IMG/VR virus record: IMGVR_UViG_3300022173_000058 | Location: 1 to 44,878 of that record | Reading direction: 5' to 3' (one strand) | Length of the DNA: 44,878 bases | Source: a virus | Lineage: Duplodnaviria > Caudoviricetes | Shown: piece after piece, positions 26,915 to 33,862 of the stretch | Layout of the letters: each line of letters begins with the position of its first letter | Position numbering within the stretch: the stretch's first letter is position 1 | Position numbers and translations under genes: made by a program | The notes under the pieces: model-generated | What the model was told of the DNA's origin: nothing | What the model saw: the letters and a program-made list of their open reading frames with translations, nothing else | Database searches by the model: none

Positions 26915-27109
26915 TTAGTTGTTATTAGTCCGACCTAATACACTTGTCGCGCCTTTGTATTTCTCGCAGAAATCAGGATTATAAAAACTTCCGCTTTCGC
27001 TCATTAGCCAGCCATCAGGGATAACTCTTGAACCTTTTGAAAACCCCGCAACAGTGAAAACAACATTGCGATTAATCACTTTAACTACATCATCACGCCT
27101 GAAAGCCAT
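26915..27109 (-). CDS. Hypothetical SH3-like small protein
   Basis: GGAG RBS; MAFRRDDVVKV start. Confidence 0.6.
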   Translation of the reverse strand: MAFRRDDVVKVINRNVVFTVAGFSKGSRVIPDGWLMSESGSFYNPDFCEKYKGATSVLGRTNNN

Positions 27110-27115
27110 CTCGAT

Positions 27116-27142
27116 CACTCCTTAGTTATTAAATAAAAAAGC
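27116..27142. repeat. Direct repeat copy 2
   Basis: CACTCCTTAGTTATTAAATAAAAAAGC. Confidence 0.7.
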
Positions 27143-27156
27143 CCTATTTCTAGGGC
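27135..27156 (-). terminator. Intrinsic terminator closing the ncRNA array
   Basis: Minus strand GCCCTA-GAAA-TAGGGC-TTTTTT. Confidence 0.8.
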
Positions 27157-27176
27157 AAGCGCTCTCGGAATTAGGC

Positions 27177-27243
27177 GACCGTCTTTCCGATCTGTCATTA
27201 GCGCACTCGCCAATCGATGAGCTCAAGATCGCCCAGAGCACGG
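27177..27243 (-). ncRNA. C4-like antisense RNA
   Basis: GTGCTC/GAGTGC-closed stem with a CUUG-loop hairpin, followed by TAATGACA-GATCG-GAAAGA-CGGTC. This resembles the TGACAGCCGGAAAGACGGC signature I recall for phage C4-type RNAs; no covariance model was run. Confidence 0.55.
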
Positions 27244-27271
27244 CATTGGCCTTTGTGCCTTTCGGCGAATA

Positions 27272-27350
27272 TGGACAAGGGGAACGGACTCGAACCGCTC
27301 AGCCAGCAAAATTGCCTAGGTAGTTGCTGGTTGTGGCCTAACACCCCTCA
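27272..27350 (-). ncRNA. tRNA-like RNA lacking a D-stem, with encoded CCA
   Basis: Acceptor TGAGGGG/CCCCTTG, discriminator T, then CCA. T-arm AGCGG-TTCGAGT-CCGTT. An 11-nt unpaired D region and a CCAGCAA/TTGCTGG stem with no canonical 7-nt anticodon loop. Confidence 0.65.
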
Positions 27351-27355
27351 TAGTT

Positions 27356-27722
27356 GCTCCCTGTTGCCAAGGAGCGGTGAAACATGCTGACCTTCCGTCA
27401 TAGGGGGTCAAAGCCCCCAAGAGTACCGGATCAGCAAGCGATTACGTCGCCACTCGTAAATATGCACAGGTTTCTGCTGTGCTCAGTAAAGATGTTGTGA
27501 GTGCCGCCTCTGCCGTACCTAACTGAAAAAGGTACAGGATTGCACAGTGAGATTTCGGCCATCGCAACAAGTGCTTACGGCACCAGCGGCTTTGATGTGT
27601 GCTCATTACCATGCTGTGTTGCGTACAGCCTGAAGAACTCTCGCTAACTCAATCAGTGGACTAGCACGTCATGGATGCTCACTCGCCAAGAGTTTTTCAG
27701 GCTGCCGCCTCTTTCGAAGCGG
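27356..27722 (-). ncRNA. Tandem structured non-coding RNA elements of unknown family
   Basis: Consecutive hairpins and multibranch stems, several with GNRA loops; no ORF of 60 aa or more. Confidence 0.55.
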
Positions 27723-27734
27723 TTCACGTTTAAA

Positions 27735-27929
27735 TTAAAACTTAGCTATTCTTTTGCCAAGAATTTTAGAATATTCATCCATTGCATTTAATTGGTCTAT
27801 TAAATAAATTCTTTCGTCTTCATCGCATAATACAAAAAAATCTTCGCTCTCTTGGAAAATAACAAGCTTTTGGCGCTTTTCATCAAGCTGCACTTTCTCA
27901 TCAATAACTCTCTGTTGGTGCGGCTTCAT
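27735..27929 (-). CDS. crAss001_48 / T4 DenB.1-like two-helix protein (candidate anti-defence sponge)
   Basis: MKPHQQRVIDEK.QLDEK..KL..F...Q..AM..YS.IL..RIAKF family motif. Confidence 0.7.
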   Translation of the reverse strand: MKPHQQRVIDEKVQLDEKRQKLVIFQESEDFFVLCDEDERIYLIDQLNAMDEYSKILGKRIAKF

Positions 27930-27930
27930 C

Positions 27931-28086
27931 TCACTTCCCCTTAATCATGATGATCTTTGCCTTACCCTGCAAAACTAAGTTGAATTTTTCATCAAGCTCT
28001 TTAGTGATGTAAGGTTTGAATTTAACTAGACCTGACTTTGTTCGTTCGTACCGGTCTTTGTTTATTTCTGCGCGACTTTTTGGCAT
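27931..28086 (-). CDS. 51-aa RHH-like DNA-binding microprotein (not in the ORF track)
   Basis: MPKSRAEINKDRYERTKSGLVKFKPYITKELDEKFNLVLQGKAKIIMIKGK; abuts both neighbours. Confidence 0.55.
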   Translation of the reverse strand: MPKSRAEINKDRYERTKSGLVKFKPYITKELDEKFNLVLQGKAKIIMIKGK

Positions 28087-28299
28087 TTACGCTGCCTTGT
28101 TGCGAGCTTTGTTAGCGGCACGACGAGCGCGAGCAACACCGCTGAAAGTGCGTGGAGTTTTACCGCGACCCTTGCCGCGACTTTGATATGATGGCATTGC
28201 GGCAACACGACCTTGGCGATCTGCAAAACTCATTGACGCATCTGACATGATTGCACTGATTGCAGCGAACATTGCGATTGAGCGAGAAAAATGTTTCAT
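28087..28299 (-). CDS. Basic small protein with an Arg/Lys-rich C-terminus
   Basis: YQSRGKGRG...GVARARRAANKARNK; AAGGA RBS. Confidence 0.65.
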   Translation of the reverse strand: MKHFSRSIAMFAAISAIMSDASMSFADRQGRVAAMPSYQSRGKGRGKTPRTFSGVARARRAANKARNKAA

Positions 28300-28367
28300 G
28301 GTTTTATCCTTTATCTGGGTTAGTTAGTGGATTTATGGCCTTGGATATTTCCTCAGCTCATGAATCC

Positions 28368-28396
28368 ATATTAATACCGTATTAACACCGTGTCAA
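28368..28396 (-). promoter_or_regulatory. Sigma70 promoter with tandem 11-bp operator repeats
   Basis: TTGACA-17-TAATAT on the minus strand; TATTAATACCG and TATTAACACCG at 28369-28390. Confidence 0.75.
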
Positions 28397-28399
28397 ACC

Positions 28400-28534
28400 T
28401 TATTGCATCATTTTATTAATTATTTCGTCAGCGCGGATCATTGCTGTCATGTACATTAAAATATTTCTGCTTGGTTCGTCGTAAATAAGCACTTCGCTGG
28501 GCGACCAGTCATGACGTAATCTGAAGTTGATCAT
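28400..28534 (-). CDS. 44-aa hypothetical protein (not in the ORF track)
   Basis: MINFRLRHDWSPSEVLIYDEPSRNILMYMTAMIRADEIINKMMQ; starts 1 nt after the upstream stop. Confidence 0.4.
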   Translation of the reverse strand: MINFRLRHDWSPSEVLIYDEPSRNILMYMTAMIRADEIINKMMQ

Positions 28535-28535
28535 G

Positions 28536-28739
28536 TCAAATCTGTAGCGCTTTTCCGTCTGCGTCATCACCTAACTCCGCGATTAGCTGCTGTTTCTCCA
28601 TTGCGCGCTCTTTGGCCAAGCTTAATCTTTTGCCAATTGCACTATACATGTAATGTCCGCCAGTGTTAGCGCGACGACTCCATAAATCCTCGCCACTATG
28701 TTGATTCTTTTGGGTGCGATGGTGTTTTGTTCTGCTCAT
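28536..28739 (-). CDS. Hypothetical basic protein
   Basis: Start MSRTKHH is ATGA-coupled to ninG. Confidence 0.6.
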   Translation of the reverse strand: MSRTKHHRTQKNQHSGEDLWSRRANTGGHYMYSAIGKRLSLAKERAMEKQQLIAELGDDADGKALQI

Positions 28740-29317
28740 GCCTTCACCGCCTTGATTTTTATATTCTGAGCTGAGTAGTAAGCAATATTTTCTAGATACC
28801 AAGTTGCATCCCGCTTTACGATGTCTTTGCCATGAGCTTTCATATCATTGAATTCGTCGAGGCCTATTTCTAATTTCAATTTTTCGCAAAAATCATAATG
28901 CTGACCGCCGAGATTTATATTGCAGTAGTAGCACTGGGGGCGCACTGCGCGCTCATCGAAGTATAAATTTTTGTAGGCTCCCTTAGGCAAGCAATGCCCG
29001 CCTTGGCAGTTAGTTGTACCTATCTGCAATGGCTTATCGCATGTGTAGCACTGGCACCATTCGCCATCCGAACTGTGCACAAGCTTTTGATGCAGGCTGA
29101 ATATTGGCCATAGCTGCACTTTAAGTTTTGCAGCTGTTTTAGGCGCTTTCTTTTTCGGCTTAGCCTTCGCCATTGGTTTCGGCAATTTCTGCGCAGCATC
29201 AAGCTCACACGCTGGCGAGCACTGCTTTATCAATACCAGCCCAACCCTCTTAGGCATAAATTGCTCTTTGCACTCAGTGCACCGGCGTTGCTTTGGTAGG
29301 CGGGATAGGCTACTCAT
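28736..29317 (-). CDS. ninG: NinG/Rap recombination endonuclease
   Basis: CTEC..F...CSPAC; CYTC..GGHCLPKGAY.NLYFDE.AVRPQCYYCN. Confidence 0.85.
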   Translation of the reverse strand: MSSLSRLPKQRRCTECKEQFMPKRVGLVLIKQCSPACELDAAQKLPKPMAKAKPKKKAPKTAAKLKVQLWPIFSLHQKLVHSSDGEWCQCYTCDKPLQIGTTNCQGGHCLPKGAYKNLYFDERAVRPQCYYCNINLGGQHYDFCEKLKLEIGLDEFNDMKAHGKDIVKRDATWYLENIAYYSAQNIKIKAVKA

Positions 29318-29588
29318 AAGGGTTTACCCAGTTGCCGCAATTGATGCAATAAATACCGTTGCGAGTAACGCTAAACACGAAGCTACTGCACTTGCATTTG
29401 AAGTGCTCCTCATCGGGCCTATTCACTGCATGCTTAAATACTGCTTTATTCCCAAGGCATTGCGGGCAATCTAGTTCATAAGTTCCGACCGGTGCGGATG
29501 CTACAAATTCATGCTTGCACCCAATACAAATAGCCTCGCCGCTTATGTGCTGACTGCCGAGCTTTTTAAACTCGATTACGTTACTCAT
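29310..29588 (-). CDS. Zinc-finger hypothetical protein
   Basis: CIGC, CPQC, CKC and CINCG motifs. Confidence 0.7.
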   Translation of the reverse strand: MSNVIEFKKLGSQHISGEAICIGCKHEFVASAPVGTYELDCPQCLGNKAVFKHAVNRPDEEHFKCKCSSFVFSVTRNGIYCINCGNWVNPYE

Positions 29589-29755
29589 ACCATTCCACGC
29601 TTACAATCAAAATACCCAGCACTCCACGCGCACATCTCCATCAATCTAATCTTTCCCCATGGGTTTATGTCGGGTAGATTATTTCTGTACGCGGCAACAC
29701 CAGCTTGGTAAGCGCGATTCATTTTTATCTCGCAAAATACTATTTTTCTGCTCAT
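29585..29755 (-). CDS. Rmf/CrpP-fold-like microprotein (not in the ORF track)
   Basis: MSRKIVFCEIKMNRAYQAGVAAYRNNLPDINPWGKIRLMEMCAWSAGYFDCKRGMV; ATGA-coupled at both ends. Confidence 0.55.
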   Translation of the reverse strand: MSRKIVFCEIKMNRAYQAGVAAYRNNLPDINPWGKIRLMEMCAWSAGYFDCKRGMV

Positions 29756-30219
29756 TGCTTTTCACCTGCGCATTCTTTTAATTGCTTGTCTCTGGCAGCA
29801 AACAATCTTTTGTTGTACTTGATTGAGTCTCTGAGATACAGAATATGTCGTTCCATATTTTCATCAAGTCGCGGGGAGGAAGGCTCGCTTCCGGCGATAT
29901 CGTCATCGGAGGCTTTTGGACAACTGGCCCCGAGCAATTTAATACGGCAAGTGCGACTAGCAACACAATCGCTAAGCTTTTTACTTTTTGCATTTTCAAT
30001 CTCCTGGATTTTCATGAATTCGGCGGTGTCTTTGGTTTGCTGGGCTGCATCTGCTATCTGTGAATCTTTGATAGCAATAGCGATATTCTTTGCCTTAACC
30101 TCTTCTCTTAGCTCTGTGCGCTCATCAAGCACGCCGTTGAACCAATACACAGCGCCAACGATTGCAGCGATAGCAGCTGCGTAGAAATACATTTTGAATG
30201 GAGCAAGGAAACTAAACAT
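29752..30219 (-). CDS. rz: Inner-membrane spanin (lambda Rz-like)
   Basis: N-terminal TM, periplasmic coiled coil with Cys residues, follows the endolysin. Start taken at MFSFLAP (30219). Confidence 0.8.
   Translation of the reverse strand: MFSFLAPFKMYFYAAAIAAIVGAVYWFNGVLDERTELREEVKAKNIAIAIKDSQIADAAQQTKDTAEFMKIQEIENAKSKKLSDCVASRTCRIKLLGASCPKASDDDIAGSEPSSPRLDENMERHILYLRDSIKYNKRLFAARDKQLKECAGEKQ
29778..29999 (-). CDS. rz1: Outer-membrane spanin lipoprotein embedded in rz
   Basis: Basic N-terminus, hydrophobic stretch, Cys (LAVLNC, an atypical lipobox), then a Pro-rich segment; shifted frame inside rz. Confidence 0.7.
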   Translation of the reverse strand: MKMQKVKSLAIVLLVALAVLNCSGPVVQKPPMTISPEASLPPRDLMKIWNDIFCISETQSSTTKDCLLPETSN

Positions 30220-30787
30220 GGGAAACCTCACTATATTTGTTGTAGGCTTTTTCCATACTGATATTGTAGGGTTCGCGTCCGATTCTTTTTGCAAGATTTT
30301 GATAATCAGAACCGTTGTAAATACTCGCCACTATATGCCAATCTTTTTTCAGCAGCGCATCATAAAGTTTTTTATTATTCAGTATAAAACATGCCAATGC
30401 TTGAACCTGGTTGTATTCGCTGACTTTGAAATCGTCCCACATATCACCAGCACTTGTGTAACCCAAACTCTTCCAGTGGAAGCCCATTATTTGCGGCAAT
30501 CCGATTGAAGTTGATTCCATAGCTGCATCAGGGTTTATTTTAAATGCATCACTGAACGCTACCCACTCTTGTGACTGTACGTCTATCATGTTGAGCGACC
30601 ACGATCCAAATGGCGAGTATGGAGCTTTACGCTTGAACCAAGATGGCTCGAACTGAATTATTAATCTCCCTGTTTTGCCATCAAACCCTTTGTTGCCGCT
30701 CTCGACCATCATGAACGCTTTTAGGTGGGCGTACTGCAATCCAATACTTTCAGCAATTTCTTTGATTTGCGAATCAGTAATTTTCAT
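30212..30787 (-). CDS. Endolysin, N-acetylmuramidase (DUF3380/Muraidase family)
   Basis: VESG, FEP, STSIGLPQIMGFH..LGY and W..VASIYNG motifs. Confidence 0.9.
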   Translation of the reverse strand: MKITDSQIKEIAESIGLQYAHLKAFMMVESGNKGFDGKTGRLIIQFEPSWFKRKAPYSPFGSWSLNMIDVQSQEWVAFSDAFKINPDAAMESTSIGLPQIMGFHWKSLGYTSAGDMWDDFKVSEYNQVQALACFILNNKKLYDALLKKDWHIVASIYNGSDYQNLAKRIGREPYNISMEKAYNKYSEVSHV

Positions 30788-30811
30788 CTCAATTCAACCC
30801 TGTTTTAGTTA

Positions 30812-30826
30812 GTTCCAAAATGGAAC
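30812..30826. promoter_or_regulatory. Intergenic palindrome TTCCA-AAA-TGGAA, copy 1
   Basis: GTTCCAAAATGGAAC; second copy at 36974-36988. Confidence 0.5.
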
Positions 30827-30841
30827 GTACTGAATTTAATT

Positions 30842-31363
30842 TTATTGCTGCGCTTCCCGATATGATTCATATTCTTTCAGAGCTTTCTCACTCCATTTTA
30901 CATTACCATCAGCACCAGTGGCGTATAACCACTCAGTAAAGTTTATAGTTTCTTTCTTAAGAAATTTAGTTGTACTGGCTCTAATGGTTATATGCTCACC
31001 ACTAAATGGATCGACAACAATTCTCGAACCGTGCCGCAATGGCTCACCAATCTGCGCGCATTCACGCTCAAACCAGCGAACTATTAACGCCTTAGCCTCT
31101 TCGATATCGTAATCGCTCATCGTCACAGTCATGCCAGGAGTTTTAAAAACTGCCTGCTTTGCTATATCGCCGATCATCGCATGAACTTTTTGGTTTTGTA
31201 GCCCGGTTATGTCTTCTTCGGTTTCTTCGCTCTCCTGGTCGTAACCCAGGATTAAGAATGGCACCTTCCCATGATTCAAGATAATGGTCGCCTGGGCATC
31301 AAGCCAACACATTGCCTTATCAATATGCGAAGGTGTTGCTATGATTTTCTTTAGGCTTGGCAT
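30842..31363 (-). CDS. ninB: NinB/Orf recombination mediator
   Basis: QNQKVHAMIGDIAKQ and STTKF.K.E...F.EWLYA.GA...V.WS motifs. Confidence 0.8.
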   Translation of the reverse strand: MPSLKKIIATPSHIDKAMCWLDAQATIILNHGKVPFLILGYDQESEETEEDITGLQNQKVHAMIGDIAKQAVFKTPGMTVTMSDYDIEEAKALIVRWFERECAQIGEPLRHGSRIVVDPFSGEHITIRASTTKFLKKETINFTEWLYATGADGNVKWSEKALKEYESYREAQQ

Positions 31364-31498
31364 TACCTGGACATCCTCTCATCAAAACTGGCGATACCAC
31401 CGAAGTGCATCATCTCCATCATAATGCGTGCGCCGCGACGAGTAGAGGCTACAGTGGTGTGCCCTCGGAAGTCGCAGCGGAAGCTATTACCGTATTTT

Positions 31499-31966
31499 TT
31501 AGTTAGCATCATGCAGCCCCGAATTGTTGAACCGGTGAGTAAATGGTTTCTGTAGCTTCGCGTTTTCTGCTGCTATCTGCTCTGCGTGAGCCTCTTGGTG
31601 TGCTTCGATTTGTGCGCGTAGGTTTGATATGGCTACTAGGTGGTGATCTTTTGGTGGATTTAAGAATTCAGATATTGGTTGCGTAGTAATTTCGCCTTGA
31701 CCATTGGTTACCCATTCTTCGCGACTATCCAGCTCAGCAAGCTTTGATTGCTGATGAATACAAATCTTAACCAGATGATCTTTATCAAGCTCTGGAAAGC
31801 CTTCTGGAGCTTTTGGTATTTCACGCTCAAACTGTGCAAGCTGTGATTCGGCGACCTGTATGCGACTCAATATCTCGTAGCATTTCGGCTTACCGTAAAG
31901 CTCATCCCACAAACCATTCCTTCTAAACAATTCAATTTCTACTTCTTCAATCATTATTTTTATCAT
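31499..31966 (-). CDS. Hypothetical protein
   Basis: GGGG RBS; intact ORF. Confidence 0.55.
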   Translation of the reverse strand: MIKIMIEEVEIELFRRNGLWDELYGKPKCYEILSRIQVAESQLAQFEREIPKAPEGFPELDKDHLVKICIHQQSKLAELDSREEWVTNGQGEITTQPISEFLNPPKDHHLVAISNLRAQIEAHQEAHAEQIAAENAKLQKPFTHRFNNSGLHDAN

Positions 31967-31968
31967 TT

Positions 31969-32252
31969 CTATTCCCCTTGTGATTTAACGTGGAAGCCTT
32001 GATCTACTAGGCTTTGCAATATATGTTCTCGATGTAAATATTTAACACCCGCATGGAAAATGTACTTTCTGGAAATTCTATTTCGTTATTGCTCTCGCTG
32101 GAGGCTAGCCAAACACGAAAATCTTGCTGCACCGAAAGAGTTAGATATCTCCCGCCAAACATTTCAAAACTAGATTCATGGTACATATTTTCAGTCATGT
32201 ACACTTCGAACTTCTTTCTCTCAATCTCTATCTGATCATTTGTGAGTTTCAT
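31969..32252 (-). pseudogene. Hypothetical protein (ERKKFE family) with an apparent 1-nt frameshift near 32057-32060
   Basis: Frame 0 stops at 32007. The -1 frame continues HAGVKYLHREHILQSLVDQGFHVKSQGE to 31969, resembling the C-terminus of paralog 43485-43763. Confidence 0.5.
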
Positions 32253-32494
32253 ACATTGCCATCCCGTAACCGCTGAGCCTCTGCGTAACACTTCACAGAG
32301 CCTAGATTTCTTTCTGGCACATCTTTGGTCGCCGGTAGTATCACGTCAAATAGGCAGCGCTCTGCACGCGGCTTGATGTACAAAGCTAAGTGCTTTCTAG
32401 CCTTATCTTTCCGGTCTTGATCGTATAGATCGCACTCGTAGGCGAACGCAAATAACTCTGCGCCTGTTCTAATGTGCTTGTGGCGTGCTTGCAT
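32249..32494 (-). CDS. Hypothetical protein
   Basis: RBS GGGG; coupled to the downstream gene. Confidence 0.55.
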   Translation of the reverse strand: MQARHKHIRTGAELFAFAYECDLYDQDRKDKARKHLALYIKPRAERCLFDVILPATKDVPERNLGSVKCYAEAQRLRDGNV

Positions 32495-32522
32495 TTCTAA
32501 TCCCCTTCCAGCATTGATAAAA

Positions 32523-32798
32523 TTAGTTATATTTACGAATTCGATACCTTAAATCTAACTCTTCAACTTTAAATTCACACGTTGCGCCATTTGCATGACG
32601 AAGCTCATATGACCATTCTCTTGATATTAATCCGCGAGGAATTACCCGAACAACTTCGCAGACTGAATTCAACCAATGCGAAAGCTCTTTAGGCATATTG
32701 CAATCAATCCTGGATATAACCCTGACATTCTGACCAACTTTAAAAAACTGCTCACCTGTTGGCGTACTGCACATATGCTTCAATATTTCACAAGTCAT
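32523..32798 (-). CDS. Hypothetical SH3-like protein
   Basis: FKVGQNVRV motif. Confidence 0.55.
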   Translation of the reverse strand: MTCEILKHMCSTPTGEQFFKVGQNVRVISRIDCNMPKELSHWLNSVCEVVRVIPRGLISREWSYELRHANGATCEFKVEELDLRYRIRKYN

Positions 32799-32831
32799 CT
32801 TCTATTCCTGCATTGATGTGGGGGTGGTTAG

Positions 32832-33215
32832 TTAAAATGGCCAATTATCTGGATTTTCAGGGTCAAATTTTACGGCAGGCGTTACCTCTTTTTCCCCTTC
32901 ATCATCGAAGCGTTCAATTTCCAATACCTTGAAATCAAATTCCCAATGTGGAGGAAAATCCCACTGCCCAGTTTCAGGGAATGTCATTTGACCTTCGCAA
33001 TAAGTAATATTGTTTATTTCAAAGTTCACACACCCTGTGCCAGAAAGATCAATCTCAATATTATTTACGTTAATATCTCTAATTGCTTCCTCAAAAATCT
33101 GTTCAACATGCCCCATGTGTACTCCATAGACCATGCCTATACCGCTGCACTCTTCGTCAATCTTGTGATCATCAAATAATATCCAGCCTTCCATTCTTCC
33201 TAATTCATTGCTCAT
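32832..33215 (-). CDS. Hypothetical acidic protein
   Basis: GAGG RBS; intact ORF. Confidence 0.6.
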   Translation of the reverse strand: MSNELGRMEGWILFDDHKIDEECSGIGMVYGVHMGHVEQIFEEAIRDINVNNIEIDLSGTGCVNFEINNITYCEGQMTFPETGQWDFPPHWEFDFKVLEIERFDDEGEKEVTPAVKFDPENPDNWPF

Positions 33216-33269
33216 TTTCTTATCCTCAAGTTAGTCGTAAAACTCATGGTTCAAATTAGCAGGTGATAG

Positions 33270-33599
33270 CTAATTAAGCTTCATGTCTTTAGCCCAAGAT
33301 CTATCAGTTAGATTTTCGTAAACCGGCATATCACGCGTGCTTCTTAATCCGTTAGCTGGATTTACAGCAACCATGCCGCGATTGTTTTTCATCGCTATTT
33401 TATTCCTGCCATTTAAACGAGCGTAGCACTCACTAAACCACTTTTTAAGCTTCTCGCCTTCGCGCAGCCTTATCGAAAACTCTTCGTCAATCTGGATAAG
33501 CTCAGCACTCAAATCAAGCGCAGGGTACATATTCCTCCACTTGGTGTAGTCCTTAAGGTTTAGCTTTACTACTTCGCCTTCAAATGCATATTCGCTCAT
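33270..33599 (-). CDS. Stand-alone domain resembling the C-terminus of phage replication initiators
   Basis: W...YPALDL.AEL..........KKW.......L pattern. Confidence 0.5.
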   Translation of the reverse strand: MSEYAFEGEVVKLNLKDYTKWRNMYPALDLSAELIQIDEEFSIRLREGEKLKKWFSECYARLNGRNKIAMKNNRGMVAVNPANGLRSTRDMPVYENLTDRSWAKDMKLN

Positions 33600-33835
33600 T
33601 TATTTTTGCTCCGAGAGAACATTAATTTGTTCACATCATTGCGCTGAAAAATTCCCTCAGCTTCGAGGCGATGAAGTCTTTCATTAACGCCATTCGGTGA
33701 AACATTAAAATGGTTTGCAATTGTTAAATATGGTGGAAACTGATCATTATCTTTTAAATATTTTTTAATGAATGCAATAAGTTCTGCATCGGAATATTTT
33801 TGAACGCTTAGCGTGTACTCGGTATTTCTTGTCAT
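33596..33835 (-). CDS. LexA-type winged HTH protein without a peptidase domain
   Basis: FIKKY...FPPYLTIANHFNVSPNGVNERLHRLEAEG, comparable to the LexA PPT..EIA...G..S..A...HL..L..KG motif. Confidence 0.75.
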   Translation of the reverse strand: MTRNTEYTLSVQKYSDAELIAFIKKYLKDNDQFPPYLTIANHFNVSPNGVNERLHRLEAEGIFQRNDVNKLMFSRSKNK

Positions 33836-33862
33836 CTTAATCTCCTGTTTGTTTATTCACTT

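Noticed and set aside
27272-27350. Canonical tRNA or tmRNA gene
   Set aside because: No D-stem or 7-nt anticodon loop, no G3-U70 pair and no tag reading frame; reported instead as a tRNA-like RNA.
27135-27725. CRISPR array, retron msr-msd or self-splicing intron as an explanation for the non-coding block
   Set aside because: No repeated unit with spacers, no reverse transcriptase or Cas gene recognised in the genome, and the flanking genes are complete rather than split exons.
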